Assembly (NCBI GenBank): GCA_965203445.1
Contig: OZ241883.1
Location: 480,001-544,000, forward strand
Origin: Candidatus Oxydemutator sp.
Lineage (GTDB): Bacteria; Pseudomonadota; Gammaproteobacteria; Poriferisulfidales; Oxydemutatoraceae
Direction: 5' to 3'
DNA length: 64,000 nt
The position numbers and the translations under genes were made by a program. Below the pieces are notes generated by a model. It searched no databases, had not been told where the DNA came from, and saw nothing but the letters and a program-made list of their open reading frames with translations. Position 1 is the stretch's first letter, and each line of letters starts with the position of its first letter. Shown here in pieces: positions 10,501 through 18,263 of the stretch.

Positions 10501-11605
10501 CAACCGGGGCGCGGACGCTGATCAGCGTATCATATTTTTCCGCAAGTCTTTTAGGTTCGGTAGTATAGACTCGGTTTTTCGGAAAACGAAAGCCAAAATC
10601 CGCATTCCCTTGAAATAGAGGAGTGCCTTGTCTTACCTCATTATAAGATTTTCCAGGCGGAGATTGTCCCATTGTAAGATTAAATTCGCCAGACAATGCG
10701 CTGGTATCCCACCTCTCATCCGCTTCCTCGACAAACCATTGGCGGAAGAGGGTTTGGGCTAGGTTCTCGAGGGTTTTGTTCTGGCGGTGGAGCAGGTCTA
10801 TTTTGTCGTCGAGGGATGAGAGTACTTGGGCGATGGCTTTTTGTTCGGGGAGCGGGGGCAGAAGAATCTGTAAATTTTCAATATCGGACGGTCTTAATGA
10901 CGGGTAGGCAGATGTTGCCCCTTCTGCTATCGAATCAAGTTTTTCTACCGTGTCATTAGATGTTAAGAAGAAATAAATAAACATGGGTTCCGCTTTCCTC
11001 TTGTCTGTTTCAATAACTGAAAATCCAGTTGACACGACAAGGTTTGCCGGAGGGTTTTTTATGAAGCCATAATGGCGCTGAATAGGTCTCACTGTTGAAT
11101 AAATTATGTCATGGTTTTTTACCAACCGTTTTGCCCTACTCGGCGCGTCCGGTAGTTCAAATGTTTGGTAAGATTCTGTCCTTCCTTCACATATCGAGCC
11201 CGTATCCAAGTATCGGATTTTGATATGTTCATAGTTCTTATCTACGCTCCGTTGATTAGATTTGACGATCTTCCCCAACTTCACCTCCCGCCAGCCTGCC
11301 AACTCCGTCTTTTCCTGCAACACCACGTATTTTTTCCTGATGTTATCTTTGAAATCTTCGGGGATGTCTTCCCATACGAGAAGTTGGACGGTAAAGGGCA
11401 GATTGCTTTCCACGAAGGCCTCTTTTGCGTTGGCGACTTCCATGTCCGTCGCATTCCAGACAACCAAGTCAAGATCCGAAGCAGGATCGGCTTTCCACTT
11501 CACGCGGGAACCATAGGCCCATACCGTTTTATCGGTCAGGTAAGTGCCCAACAGTTCGCGCAACAGGCGCAAGTGCCTGTTTTCAAGGTCTATCAAGCGT
11601 TCCAT
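7538..11605 (-). CDS. hsdS: Fusion ORF: MNT nucleotidyltransferase + HsdS (2 TRDs) + TIR + STAND-type P-loop NTPase
   Basis: aa 1-97: YGSRVKWKADPASDLDL (GSX10DXD). HsdS conserved helices PPLPEQKAIAQVLSSLDDKI and LRDTLLPKLM. From M494: LFISYCHED...WYDRKILPG...SDECINE (TIR), then GENQSGKTT Walker A and IIDDF Walker B. Confidence 0.85.
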   Translation of the reverse strand: MERLIDLENRHLRLLRELLGTYLTDKTVWAYGSRVKWKADPASDLDLVVWNATDMEVANAKEAFVESNLPFTVQLLVWEDIPEDFKDNIRKKYVVLQEKTELAGWREVKLGKIVKSNQRSVDKNYEHIKIRYLDTGSICEGRTESYQTFELPDAPSRAKRLVKNHDIIYSTVRPIQRHYGFIKNPPANLVVSTGFSVIETDKRKAEPMFIYFFLTSNDTVEKLDSIAEGATSAYPSLRPSDIENLQILLPPLPEQKAIAQVLSSLDDKIDLLHRQNKTLENLAQTLFRQWFVEEADERWDTSALSGEFNLTMGQSPPGKSYNEVRQGTPLFQGNADFGFRFPKNRVYTTEPKRLAEKYDTLISVRAPVGELNMAQEKCCIGRGVASLRYKKNKDFYSYTYYKTKSLMGEIRQFDQEGTVFGSISKNDFGNIEIVLPPSDLIQKFQDNIKSIDERITSNSCHIYALENLRDTLLPKLMDAKVRVRRKDKQRRNFMSETQKLKLFISYCHEDEADIEKFTKHIDPLKQKGLIEDWYDRKILPGAIFRDHIHNNLEQADIICLFISAEFLASDECINEKKRAIELKNKKGISVVPIILKECGWKDDGDIFELLALPKDGKPVSSFETSDTAWHSVYEELKKVIVSENKCKQLVIKDSFQDFLGSAELLTRAHSGKETLRLDDIFIYPTLSKYDRSKDKREYISSEVLIKNITEYSAVLIAGENQSGKTTLCKKLFTVLREKGLVPVYVHDENKRLAGVVENRIAAAFKKQYNAASIDEIGANRIVPIIDDFHLATNKEKHINRLSLYKNRIIIVDDIFSLNLKDESLTRSFPHFQIEELKPSLRSELIGRWTDLAGQDSGGMNDHYENIDKTTELVDSILGKILGSGIMPAYPFFILSAICTYETLKPLNEEITSQGYCYQALIYCALRKQGIGNDEIDTYINFLTVFAFHFFKNRKREVSQNDYRNFMRDYLQKYNFPVKEDTLLKNLQRTQILCRDSLGNYSFCYLYLYYFFAARYIAEHLNECEKSISRIISNLHTNENAYIAVFVFHHSKNIQVLKKAFINADDIFKNYKPASLGKEELNFFDKHANDIVTAALPTDQTPERTRHDQLKSQDVIEEAKEMEEKGFESGEVEDEFENELRKGIKTAEVMGQIIKNRAGSLEKEYLKETFEKAMDIQLRFLSSFFELIREEYQQEELVKFISDRLEIFAESKKKRPSRKELEKVSRIIFWNINFLLIYGVLYKIVHSLGSDKLINIVEAVCDKRNTPASFIIKHGILMWYSKNLQIESIAERRNKKDFSVIARRILDFEIVGHSRTHTINYRDRQKIIDRLGILPAPVSSEVNHPSASTAVAKRND
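10124..10140 (-). promoter_or_regulatory. Internal Shine-Dalgarno and ATG for a stand-alone TIR-STAND protein (7538-10126, 862 aa)
   Basis: Minus strand reads AAAGGAGAAATTTT-ATG; the ATG at 10126 is in frame with the fusion. Confidence 0.7.
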
Positions 11606-12021
11606 TCTTCACCTGTCATGGCTTCGTAAAGATCAATAGCGTCCGCAATGAAATCGGGGACAAGCTCCAGGGTTGCGTTTGCCTTCGCTTCATCATGCTT
11701 ATAGCTGGTATCGTTTCTTTTGTCGGTGTATTGAAGCCAGGCTTCCGCGTCATTTATTACCCGGCTTTCAAATCCCGACCGGAATAGGGATTTCGGCCTT
11801 ACATCTCGCAGACCGGAAACCCCTTCTTCCTGAAGATACTTTTTCAGGTGTTTGTGTGCCATATCGAAGCAGACTTCAAAGCGCTGAATGCAGGACTCTC
11901 GGAATTTGTCCCGGTCGGAATCCCGCAACTCCGGCCGGTTCGGGCATTCCAGCCATGCCTCATGGCCTTCTTGAAGCAGAGCCAAGGCTTTTTTCAGTCT
12001 TTCATAGTTTATCTCGCTCAT
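11593..12021 (-). CDS. HEPN-like nucleotidyltransferase substrate-binding protein (HI0074 family), copy 2
   Basis: ESCIQRFEVCFDMAHKHLKKYL, PKSLFR and RNDTSYKH; overlaps the start of the MNT-HsdS ORF. Confidence 0.85.
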   Translation of the reverse strand: MSEINYERLKKALALLQEGHEAWLECPNRPELRDSDRDKFRESCIQRFEVCFDMAHKHLKKYLQEEGVSGLRDVRPKSLFRSGFESRVINDAEAWLQYTDKRNDTSYKHDEAKANATLELVPDFIADAIDLYEAMTGEEWNA

Positions 12022-12075
12022 GCTTCCACCTCCCGCCAGCCTTCCCGCCTCGGTTTTCCCTGCGATGCTGTGTCT

Positions 12076-12411
12076 TTATTTCTGGTTTTTAAGCTCATCT
12101 TTTGTGAACAGGGTCTTGTTGCAATCTTCAATGCGTTCTTTCAGGGGCCGATAGCTGATCGTCTGCCAGGCGGTGACGTCGACTTTGTACGGCAGGCTGC
12201 TTTCCAGGAAAAGTGTATACAGCCTGCGAACGGCGGCTTCGTCCACGTTCCCGTATATCACCAAGTCAATATCGGAGTGGCTTTTACGGGTTCCGTCCGC
12301 GCGGGAACCGAACAGCGCCACCCTTTCGGCACCGGGTGCGCCCTGGTTGATGATGGATTTTATCTTTTGTAGTTGAGACCGGCTCAACCCGTGATCAAGC
12401 GCCGTCCGCAT
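12076..12411 (-). CDS. Minimal nucleotidyltransferase (MNT) antitoxin
   Basis: LFGSRADGTRKSHSDIDL (GSX10DXD) and LPYKVDV. Confidence 0.88.
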   Translation of the reverse strand: MRTALDHGLSRSQLQKIKSIINQGAPGAERVALFGSRADGTRKSHSDIDLVIYGNVDEAAVRRLYTLFLESSLPYKVDVTAWQTISYRPLKERIEDCNKTLFTKDELKNQK

Positions 12412-12832
12412 GGATGTCTTCCTCCGCCAGTTTTTCGTATAGCTCATCGAAGCAGAGCAGGTATTTTTCGCCTATCTGTTCTATCACCGTCTCGAATCTC
12501 TTGAAGTTGTAGGTGTGGCTCATTTCATTGCGGGCGTCCAGCAGGTTCATCCACTCTTCCCCGCGCTCGATGAGTTTTGCGGCGACCGCCTCTTTTATCA
12601 CGGCTCTCGGCGTAATTTGCGCAAACACCACGTTCTGGCTCTCCAGATAGTCTTTCATCGTTTTCCAGGAGAGTTCGGTGCAGTATTCAAAACGATGCAC
12701 CATGCCCTCCCTGCCCAGTTGATCCAGTTTGTTTTCATGGTGCAGTTCATTGGCCTCCTGCAACAGAAAGAAGGCTCTTTTGAAATTGGCGAAACGGTAT
12801 TGCCAGCGCTGTTTTTCCTGCTGGATGGTCAC
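12395..12832 (-). CDS. HEPN-like nucleotidyltransferase substrate-binding protein (HI0074 family), copy 1
   Basis: RWQYRFANF, GMVHRFEYCTELSWK, TPRAVIK and RNEMSHTY (RX4HXY). GTG start overlaps the upstream TGA. Confidence 0.88.
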   Translation of the reverse strand: MTIQQEKQRWQYRFANFKRAFFLLQEANELHHENKLDQLGREGMVHRFEYCTELSWKTMKDYLESQNVVFAQITPRAVIKEAVAAKLIERGEEWMNLLDARNEMSHTYNFKRFETVIEQIGEKYLLCFDELYEKLAEEDIHADGA

Positions 12833-13818
12833 TTGTACTTTCCGCTCAACAGCAATACGATCAGGCCGATCATCTGTTCTTTGTCCCCCGGTTTGGATTC
12901 GGCAATCAGCAAAGTCAACGCGGTCAGGGTCTCCGGCGTGATTCTTTCCCGAAAGCGGAACCCCGCCTTTTGCAGAAACCAGATAAAACAAAAGGCCCCG
13001 GTGCGCTTGTTGCCGTCGTTAAACGGATGGTTTTTTATCGTGAAGTAAAGCAGATGGGCGGCTTTTTCCTCTATGCTCGGATAGGCGTCTTGACTGAAAG
13101 CGGATTGCAATACACTGGCCAAAATCGCCTCCATGCTGCCTTGTGTTTTTTCCTGGGCGAACAGTTCCGTCGCCTCGTCTTTCCGCAGTAGTTCCACCTT
13201 GAGTGTGGCAATCGCCGCGTACAAGTCTTCCGACTGAATGGCCAGCGTTTTTTTGCTCAACCCCTTTTGCGGGAACATTTGCCGGTCATAGGATTCCAAA
13301 GAAAACCAGACACCAGCAAAAGTTTTGATCAGACCCAGAACGTCGCTTGTCTTCAGACCGGTGTTGCCGACGGAAATTTTTTTGATGTCTTCTACGGTCT
13401 GTAAAAACTTTGCATAATTCGTGCCGATGCGTTTTCTGTTGATGGTGTAGCCCTGGAGCAAATGCCGCTTCAGGGTCTTGGTCGCCCAAATGCGGAACTG
13501 TGTGGCCTGCTTGGAATCTACGCGGTAGCCAACCGAGAGAATGAGATCCAAGTTGTAGTATTCAATTTCGCGTGATATTTGCCGATTTCCTTCCTTTTGA
13601 ACTGTTGCAATTTTTGCAACAGTTGCCTCGGCTTCCAGCTCACCAGACTGAAATACATTCTTGATATGGCGTGAAATAACCGATTTATCTCTGCCGAATA
13701 ATTCGGCAATCTGGCTCAGATTGCCCCAGACGGTGTTGCCGTCCACGTCGCCGCGAAACTCTATCCGCCCGCTTCTGGCCTGGTAAATGACCATCTTTTC
13801 CCGCCGTTTATTTTTCAT
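12829..13818 (-). CDS. RhuM-family DNA-binding domain + Fic/Doc domain protein
   Basis: IAELFGRDKSVISRHIKNVF, YYNLDLILSVGYRV and QFRIWAT (RhuM); HPFNDGNKRTG (Fic/Doc). Confidence 0.92.
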   Translation of the reverse strand: MKNKRREKMVIYQARSGRIEFRGDVDGNTVWGNLSQIAELFGRDKSVISRHIKNVFQSGELEAEATVAKIATVQKEGNRQISREIEYYNLDLILSVGYRVDSKQATQFRIWATKTLKRHLLQGYTINRKRIGTNYAKFLQTVEDIKKISVGNTGLKTSDVLGLIKTFAGVWFSLESYDRQMFPQKGLSKKTLAIQSEDLYAAIATLKVELLRKDEATELFAQEKTQGSMEAILASVLQSAFSQDAYPSIEEKAAHLLYFTIKNHPFNDGNKRTGAFCFIWFLQKAGFRFRERITPETLTALTLLIAESKPGDKEQMIGLIVLLLSGKYK

Positions 13819-15370
13819 GGCCAATTTTTCCCAGGTCAATTTTGTCCAGGTTCGCCAATATGCGTTTGTTCAGCGTTTTCTCTTCTTTTATCTGCGCCTC
13901 GAACTCGGCCTTCAATTCGGCGAACCGCTCGCCGAAGTCGAAGTCGTCTTCCTCGTCGGGCAGGCCGACGTAGCGCCCCGGGCTCAGCACGTAGTCCAGC
14001 TCCTTGACTTTCTCTATCGGCGCCGCGTTGCAGAAGCCGGCGACGTCCTCGTAGTTTCCGTCCTCCTTGCGCCACCGGTGGTAGGTGTCGGCGATCCTGG
14101 CGATGTCCTCGTCGGAAAACTCGCGCGTGCGCCGGTTGATCAGGTGCCCCAGTTCGCCCGCGTCTATGAACAGGATTTCGCCGGCGCGTTTGCGGTCGCC
14201 GTTGTAGCCGTGCCTTTTGTTCGAGACGAACCACAGGCAGGCGGGGATCTGGGTGTTCAGAAACAGCTTGGCCGGCAGGTTGACGATGCAATCCACGAGG
14301 CCCGCGTCTATGATGTTTTTGCGGATGACGTCCTCGTTGGACGACTTGGAGGTCAGCGAGCCCTTGGACAGTACGAAACCGGCCGCGCCCTTCGGCGAGA
14401 GGTGGTGGATAAAATGCTGCACCCAGGCGAAGTTGGCGTTGCCGCGCGGCGGCGCGCCGTATTTCCAGCGCCCGTCCTCGCGCAACTGTTCGCCGCTCCA
14501 GTCGCTGTCGTTGAACGGCGGATTGGCGAGAATGAAATCCGCCTTCAGGTCGGGGTGGGCGTCGCGCAGAAACGAGCCTTCCGCGTTCCACCGCACCCGC
14601 GAGCCATCTATGCGGCGGATGGCCAGGTTCATCCGGCAAAGCCGGTAGGTGGTCTGATTGCTTTCCTGGCCGTAGATGGAAATGTCGTCGACCTCGCCCT
14701 GGTGCGCCTTGATGAATTTCTCGCTCGAGACGAACATGCCGCCGCTGCCGCAGCACGGGTCGAAAACCCGCCCCCGATACGGCTCTATCATCTCCACCAG
14801 CAGTCTGACGATGGAGGCCGGAGTGTAAAACTGCCCGCCTTTTTTGCCTTCGGCCAACGCGAACTGGCCGAGGAAATACTCATAGATTTTTCCGAGAACG
14901 TCCTTTGATTTTGCGGGGGCGCCGCCGAGAGCGACGTCGCCGAACAGATCCATCAGTCCGCCGAGGGTCGCGGCGCCGACGTTGGGCCTGGAAAACCCTT
15001 TCGGCAGGATGCCCTTGAGGCCCTGGTTTTCCCTTTCTATGGCCTCCATCGCCTCGTCCAATACCGCGCCGATATTCGTTTGTTTCGACTGCGAATGCAG
15101 TGCTTTCCACCTGGCCTCGGGCGGCACCCAGAACTCGTTTTCCGCATGGTATTCGTCCCGCTCTTCGGGATCGGCGTATCGCTCGTTTTTCAGTTCCTCG
15201 TAACGGGCCTCGAAAGAGTCCGATATGTATTTGAGAAACAGCAGGCCGAGCGCGACGTGCTTGTAGTCCGCCGCGTCCATGTTTTTGCGCAGCTTGTCCG
15301 CCGCCTTGAACAGCGTGGCCTCAAGGCTCCCCGTTTTTGCGGTCTTATTCTTTGGCACGGGTTGTTTCAT
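13808..15370 (-). CDS. hsdM: Type I R-M methyltransferase subunit M
   Basis: AADKLR, GGQFYTP, DPCCGSGGMF and ANPPFN. Confidence 0.97.
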   Translation of the reverse strand: MKQPVPKNKTAKTGSLEATLFKAADKLRKNMDAADYKHVALGLLFLKYISDSFEARYEELKNERYADPEERDEYHAENEFWVPPEARWKALHSQSKQTNIGAVLDEAMEAIERENQGLKGILPKGFSRPNVGAATLGGLMDLFGDVALGGAPAKSKDVLGKIYEYFLGQFALAEGKKGGQFYTPASIVRLLVEMIEPYRGRVFDPCCGSGGMFVSSEKFIKAHQGEVDDISIYGQESNQTTYRLCRMNLAIRRIDGSRVRWNAEGSFLRDAHPDLKADFILANPPFNDSDWSGEQLREDGRWKYGAPPRGNANFAWVQHFIHHLSPKGAAGFVLSKGSLTSKSSNEDVIRKNIIDAGLVDCIVNLPAKLFLNTQIPACLWFVSNKRHGYNGDRKRAGEILFIDAGELGHLINRRTREFSDEDIARIADTYHRWRKEDGNYEDVAGFCNAAPIEKVKELDYVLSPGRYVGLPDEEDDFDFGERFAELKAEFEAQIKEEKTLNKRILANLDKIDLGKIGHEK

Positions 15371-15457
15371 CTGCCGGATTGTACATACAATATGAAGAAA
15401 CGCGCCATCTCACCGGCGGGCGGCCAGGAAAGAGCGCGCGTTTTGCACGGAAGGCAC

Positions 15458-15721
15458 ATGATGAAATCCGAATACGATTTGTCCTCGATGAAGTCCAGGA
15501 AAAATCCGTTCGCCTCGAGGCTGACAAAGCAGGTGACGATACGGGTGGGCGGCGACGTCGTCGAGTATTTCAAATCCATGGCGAATGATACGGGCATTCC
15601 CTATCAGAGTCTGATCAACCTGTATCTGAGGGATTGCGCGGCGCGCAACAGGAAAATTGACCTGCGCTGGCGTCGCCCCCCGAACAAGCGCGCCCAGGCG
15701 TCGCGCAAGACGCGCGGTTGA
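15458..15721 (+). CDS. BrnA/CopG-like antitoxin (no BrnT toxin visible)
   Basis: MKSEYDLS...KNPFA...KQVTIR...VEYFK...GIPYQSLINLYLRDC. Confidence 0.85.
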   Translation: MMKSEYDLSSMKSRKNPFASRLTKQVTIRVGGDVVEYFKSMANDTGIPYQSLINLYLRDCAARNRKIDLRWRRPPNKRAQASRKTRG

Positions 15722-15726
15722 GCATC

Positions 15727-15918
15727 ATGAAATACAAAATCATACTGACGGCCTCCGAGGAGGGATACAGCGTTTCCTGCCCTGAACTTCCCGGGTGCTG
15801 GTCGCAAGGCACGACGGAAGAAGAAGCCATCGAGAATATAAACGAGGCGATTCAAGACTATCTGGCGGCCGTTGCCGCGTCCGCCGAGGGACGGGATGTC
15901 CCCTCTGAACAATTATGA
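15727..15918 (+). CDS. HicB-family antitoxin (no HicA visible)
   Basis: EEGYSVSCPELPGCWSQGTTEEEAIENINEAI. Confidence 0.88.
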   Translation: MKYKIILTASEEGYSVSCPELPGCWSQGTTEEEAIENINEAIQDYLAAVAASAEGRDVPSEQL

Positions 15919-17018
15919 ATGAACATTTTTTGCAGTCCATGAAGATCGAGAATTTCCGCGGGATCAAATACGCGGAAATTAACGATCTGGCGCGAGTCAA
16001 TCTGTTTTGCGGCAAAAACAATTATGGCAAAACTTCGATTTTGGAATCGTTGTTCCTGCTAAGCGGTATTTCGAACCCGGAATTGATGGTCAGGCTTCAA
16101 ACCTGGAGAGGGCAAACGCTTAGTACGGCTGTTGACTGGAAGAGCTGCTTCCACAATTACAATCATAAGAAAGCAATTATGCTCTCCGGGAAGCAGCAGC
16201 AGGGAAAGAGAAAACTTACTATCTCTCCGATGTCTGACCATCTGCCCATCGCGTATGGCCCAGGCACCCCGGCGGTTGCGGGAAGCGGCAGGCCCATTAC
16301 CCAAGCTCGGGCTGAGACCTCTGCCATAGAGAACGCACCCACGGGACTTCGATATGATTTTACCGTTGATGGCCGGAACTATCAGGCAACGATCAGCCAG
16401 GCGATTGGCCAAGAGGGGATGGGCCAAATAAACTGGAATAAACCGCCCGGGTACGAAGAGCGATTAGCAAGTGTTTTTTCATTACCAACGAAAAAATACA
16501 ACCCTGCCTTTGTTGACAAAATGCTCCAGGCAAAGCGCAAAGACATACTCATAAAGGCACTGCAATTTGTGAACCCTGAAGTCCGGGACGTTCAGATGAG
16601 CGCGACGGGAGTTCTCTCCGCCGATACAGGGCTCGATTATTTTCTGCCCGTTGACTTGCTGGGCAGCGGCACTGGTAATGTTACCAACATAATTTCCAGC
16701 ATTGACGGGGCCGAGGGTGGTTTGTTAATGATGGACGGAATCGAGCGCGGGCTTCATGTCTCCGCCATCAAACCTGTATGGGGAATGATTCTGGAACATT
16801 CCGCCGCGTGCGACACCCAGATATTTGCGACCACCCACAGCAAGGACGTTATCAAAGCTTTGACGGCAGTATCGAACGAGAAACTGCTTTCAGATGATGA
16901 CGGTAATGAAGTCGCATGTTTCGCGCTGGAAAAATTGGACTCCGATGAGACAAAGGCATATAAATACTCCGTTGAAGACTTGATAAAATCCGAGGAAGCC
17001 AACGTAGATATTCGATAG
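15915..17018 (+). CDS. ABC-type AAA_15/AAA_21 ATPase with degenerate Walker B
   Basis: IENFRGI, GKNNYGKTS, LMMDGIERGLH and FATTHS; ATGA overlap with the hicB-like gene. Confidence 0.8.
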   Translation: MNEHFLQSMKIENFRGIKYAEINDLARVNLFCGKNNYGKTSILESLFLLSGISNPELMVRLQTWRGQTLSTAVDWKSCFHNYNHKKAIMLSGKQQQGKRKLTISPMSDHLPIAYGPGTPAVAGSGRPITQARAETSAIENAPTGLRYDFTVDGRNYQATISQAIGQEGMGQINWNKPPGYEERLASVFSLPTKKYNPAFVDKMLQAKRKDILIKALQFVNPEVRDVQMSATGVLSADTGLDYFLPVDLLGSGTGNVTNIISSIDGAEGGLLMMDGIERGLHVSAIKPVWGMILEHSAACDTQIFATTHSKDVIKALTAVSNEKLLSDDDGNEVACFALEKLDSDETKAYKYSVEDLIKSEEANVDIR

Positions 17019-17117
17019 CAGGGTTTGTCGGCGAATTACTGATCTTATACAGGAACGGCAGACCGGGCCGTCCGCCCCCCTCTGCTATAATCCCTCATTC
17101 GCCCCGAACAACCCACC

Positions 17118-18221
17118 ATGTCCCAACCAGAAACTCAACTGAGCACCCGGGCCGTCGAGCAGGCCCTGCAGGAAATCGTCGACCCCAATACGGGCAAGGA
17201 CCTGGTCTCGTCGAAGGCGGTGCGGGATCTTGCGGTCGAGGGCGGCGCGGTGCGCGCGCGTCTGCTTCTCGGTTATCCGGCGAAGAATTTTCTGCCGCAG
17301 TTGATCGCCCGGGTCGAGGCCGCGATTCGCGCGCTCGACGGCGTCGAGGAGGTCGAGGTCGAGGGCGAATGGAAGATCCAGGCGCATTCGGTGCAGAAGA
17401 GCCTGAAGCCGATGGAGCACATCCGCAACGTCATCGCGGTGGCGTCCGGCAAGGGCGGCGTCGGCAAGTCCACGACGGCGGTCAACCTGGCGCTGGCGCT
17501 GGCGGCGGAGGGGGCCGCGGTCGGTCTGCTCGACGCCGACATCTACGGCCCCAGCCAGCCGACGATGCTGGGCATACGCGGGCAGCCCGACACCAAGGAC
17601 GGGCAGACGCTGGAGCCGCTCGACTCGCTCGGTTTGCAGGCGATGTCCATCGGTTTTCTGATTGACGAGGAGACGCCGATGATCTGGCGCGGGCCGATGG
17701 TCACGCAGGCGCTCGAGCAGCTGCTGAACAACACCAACTGGCGCGACCTCGACTATCTGGTGGTGGACTTGCCGCCGGGCACCGGCGACGTGCAGCTGAC
17801 GCTGGCGCAGAAGATTCCGGTCAGCGGCGCGGTCATCGTGACGACGCCGCAGGACATCGCGCTGCTCGACGCGCGCAAGGGCATCCGAATGTTCGAGAAA
17901 GTGGACGTGCCGATACTCGGCATCATCGAGAACATGAGCATCCATATATGCAGCGAATGCGGCCACGAGGAGCATATCTTCGGCAGCGGCGGCGGCGACA
18001 AAATCGCCAAGGACTACGACGTCGAACTGCTGGGGCGCCTGCCGCTCGACAAGGCGATCCGCGAGCAGACCGACGGCGGCCAACCGACGGTCGTCGCCGA
18101 ACCGGACGGGCGCCTTGCGCAAATCTACGTCGAGACCGCGAGAAAGACCGCGGCGCGCCTGGCGGTGCGCGCCAAGGATTATTCGGCGAAGTTTCCGAAG
18201 ATCGTCATCCAGAACGACTGA
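17118..18221 (+). CDS. apbC: Fe-S cluster carrier ATPase Mrp/ApbC
   Basis: SGKGGVGKST, DADIYGPS, WRGPM, DLPPGTGD and ENMS..ICSEC. Confidence 0.97.
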   Translation: MSQPETQLSTRAVEQALQEIVDPNTGKDLVSSKAVRDLAVEGGAVRARLLLGYPAKNFLPQLIARVEAAIRALDGVEEVEVEGEWKIQAHSVQKSLKPMEHIRNVIAVASGKGGVGKSTTAVNLALALAAEGAAVGLLDADIYGPSQPTMLGIRGQPDTKDGQTLEPLDSLGLQAMSIGFLIDEETPMIWRGPMVTQALEQLLNNTNWRDLDYLVVDLPPGTGDVQLTLAQKIPVSGAVIVTTPQDIALLDARKGIRMFEKVDVPILGIIENMSIHICSECGHEEHIFGSGGGDKIAKDYDVELLGRLPLDKAIREQTDGGQPTVVAEPDGRLAQIYVETARKTAARLAVRAKDYSAKFPKIVIQND

Positions 18222-18263
18222 ATCCCGACGCCCGCCCAAAACCCGCCCGACGACGACAACACG

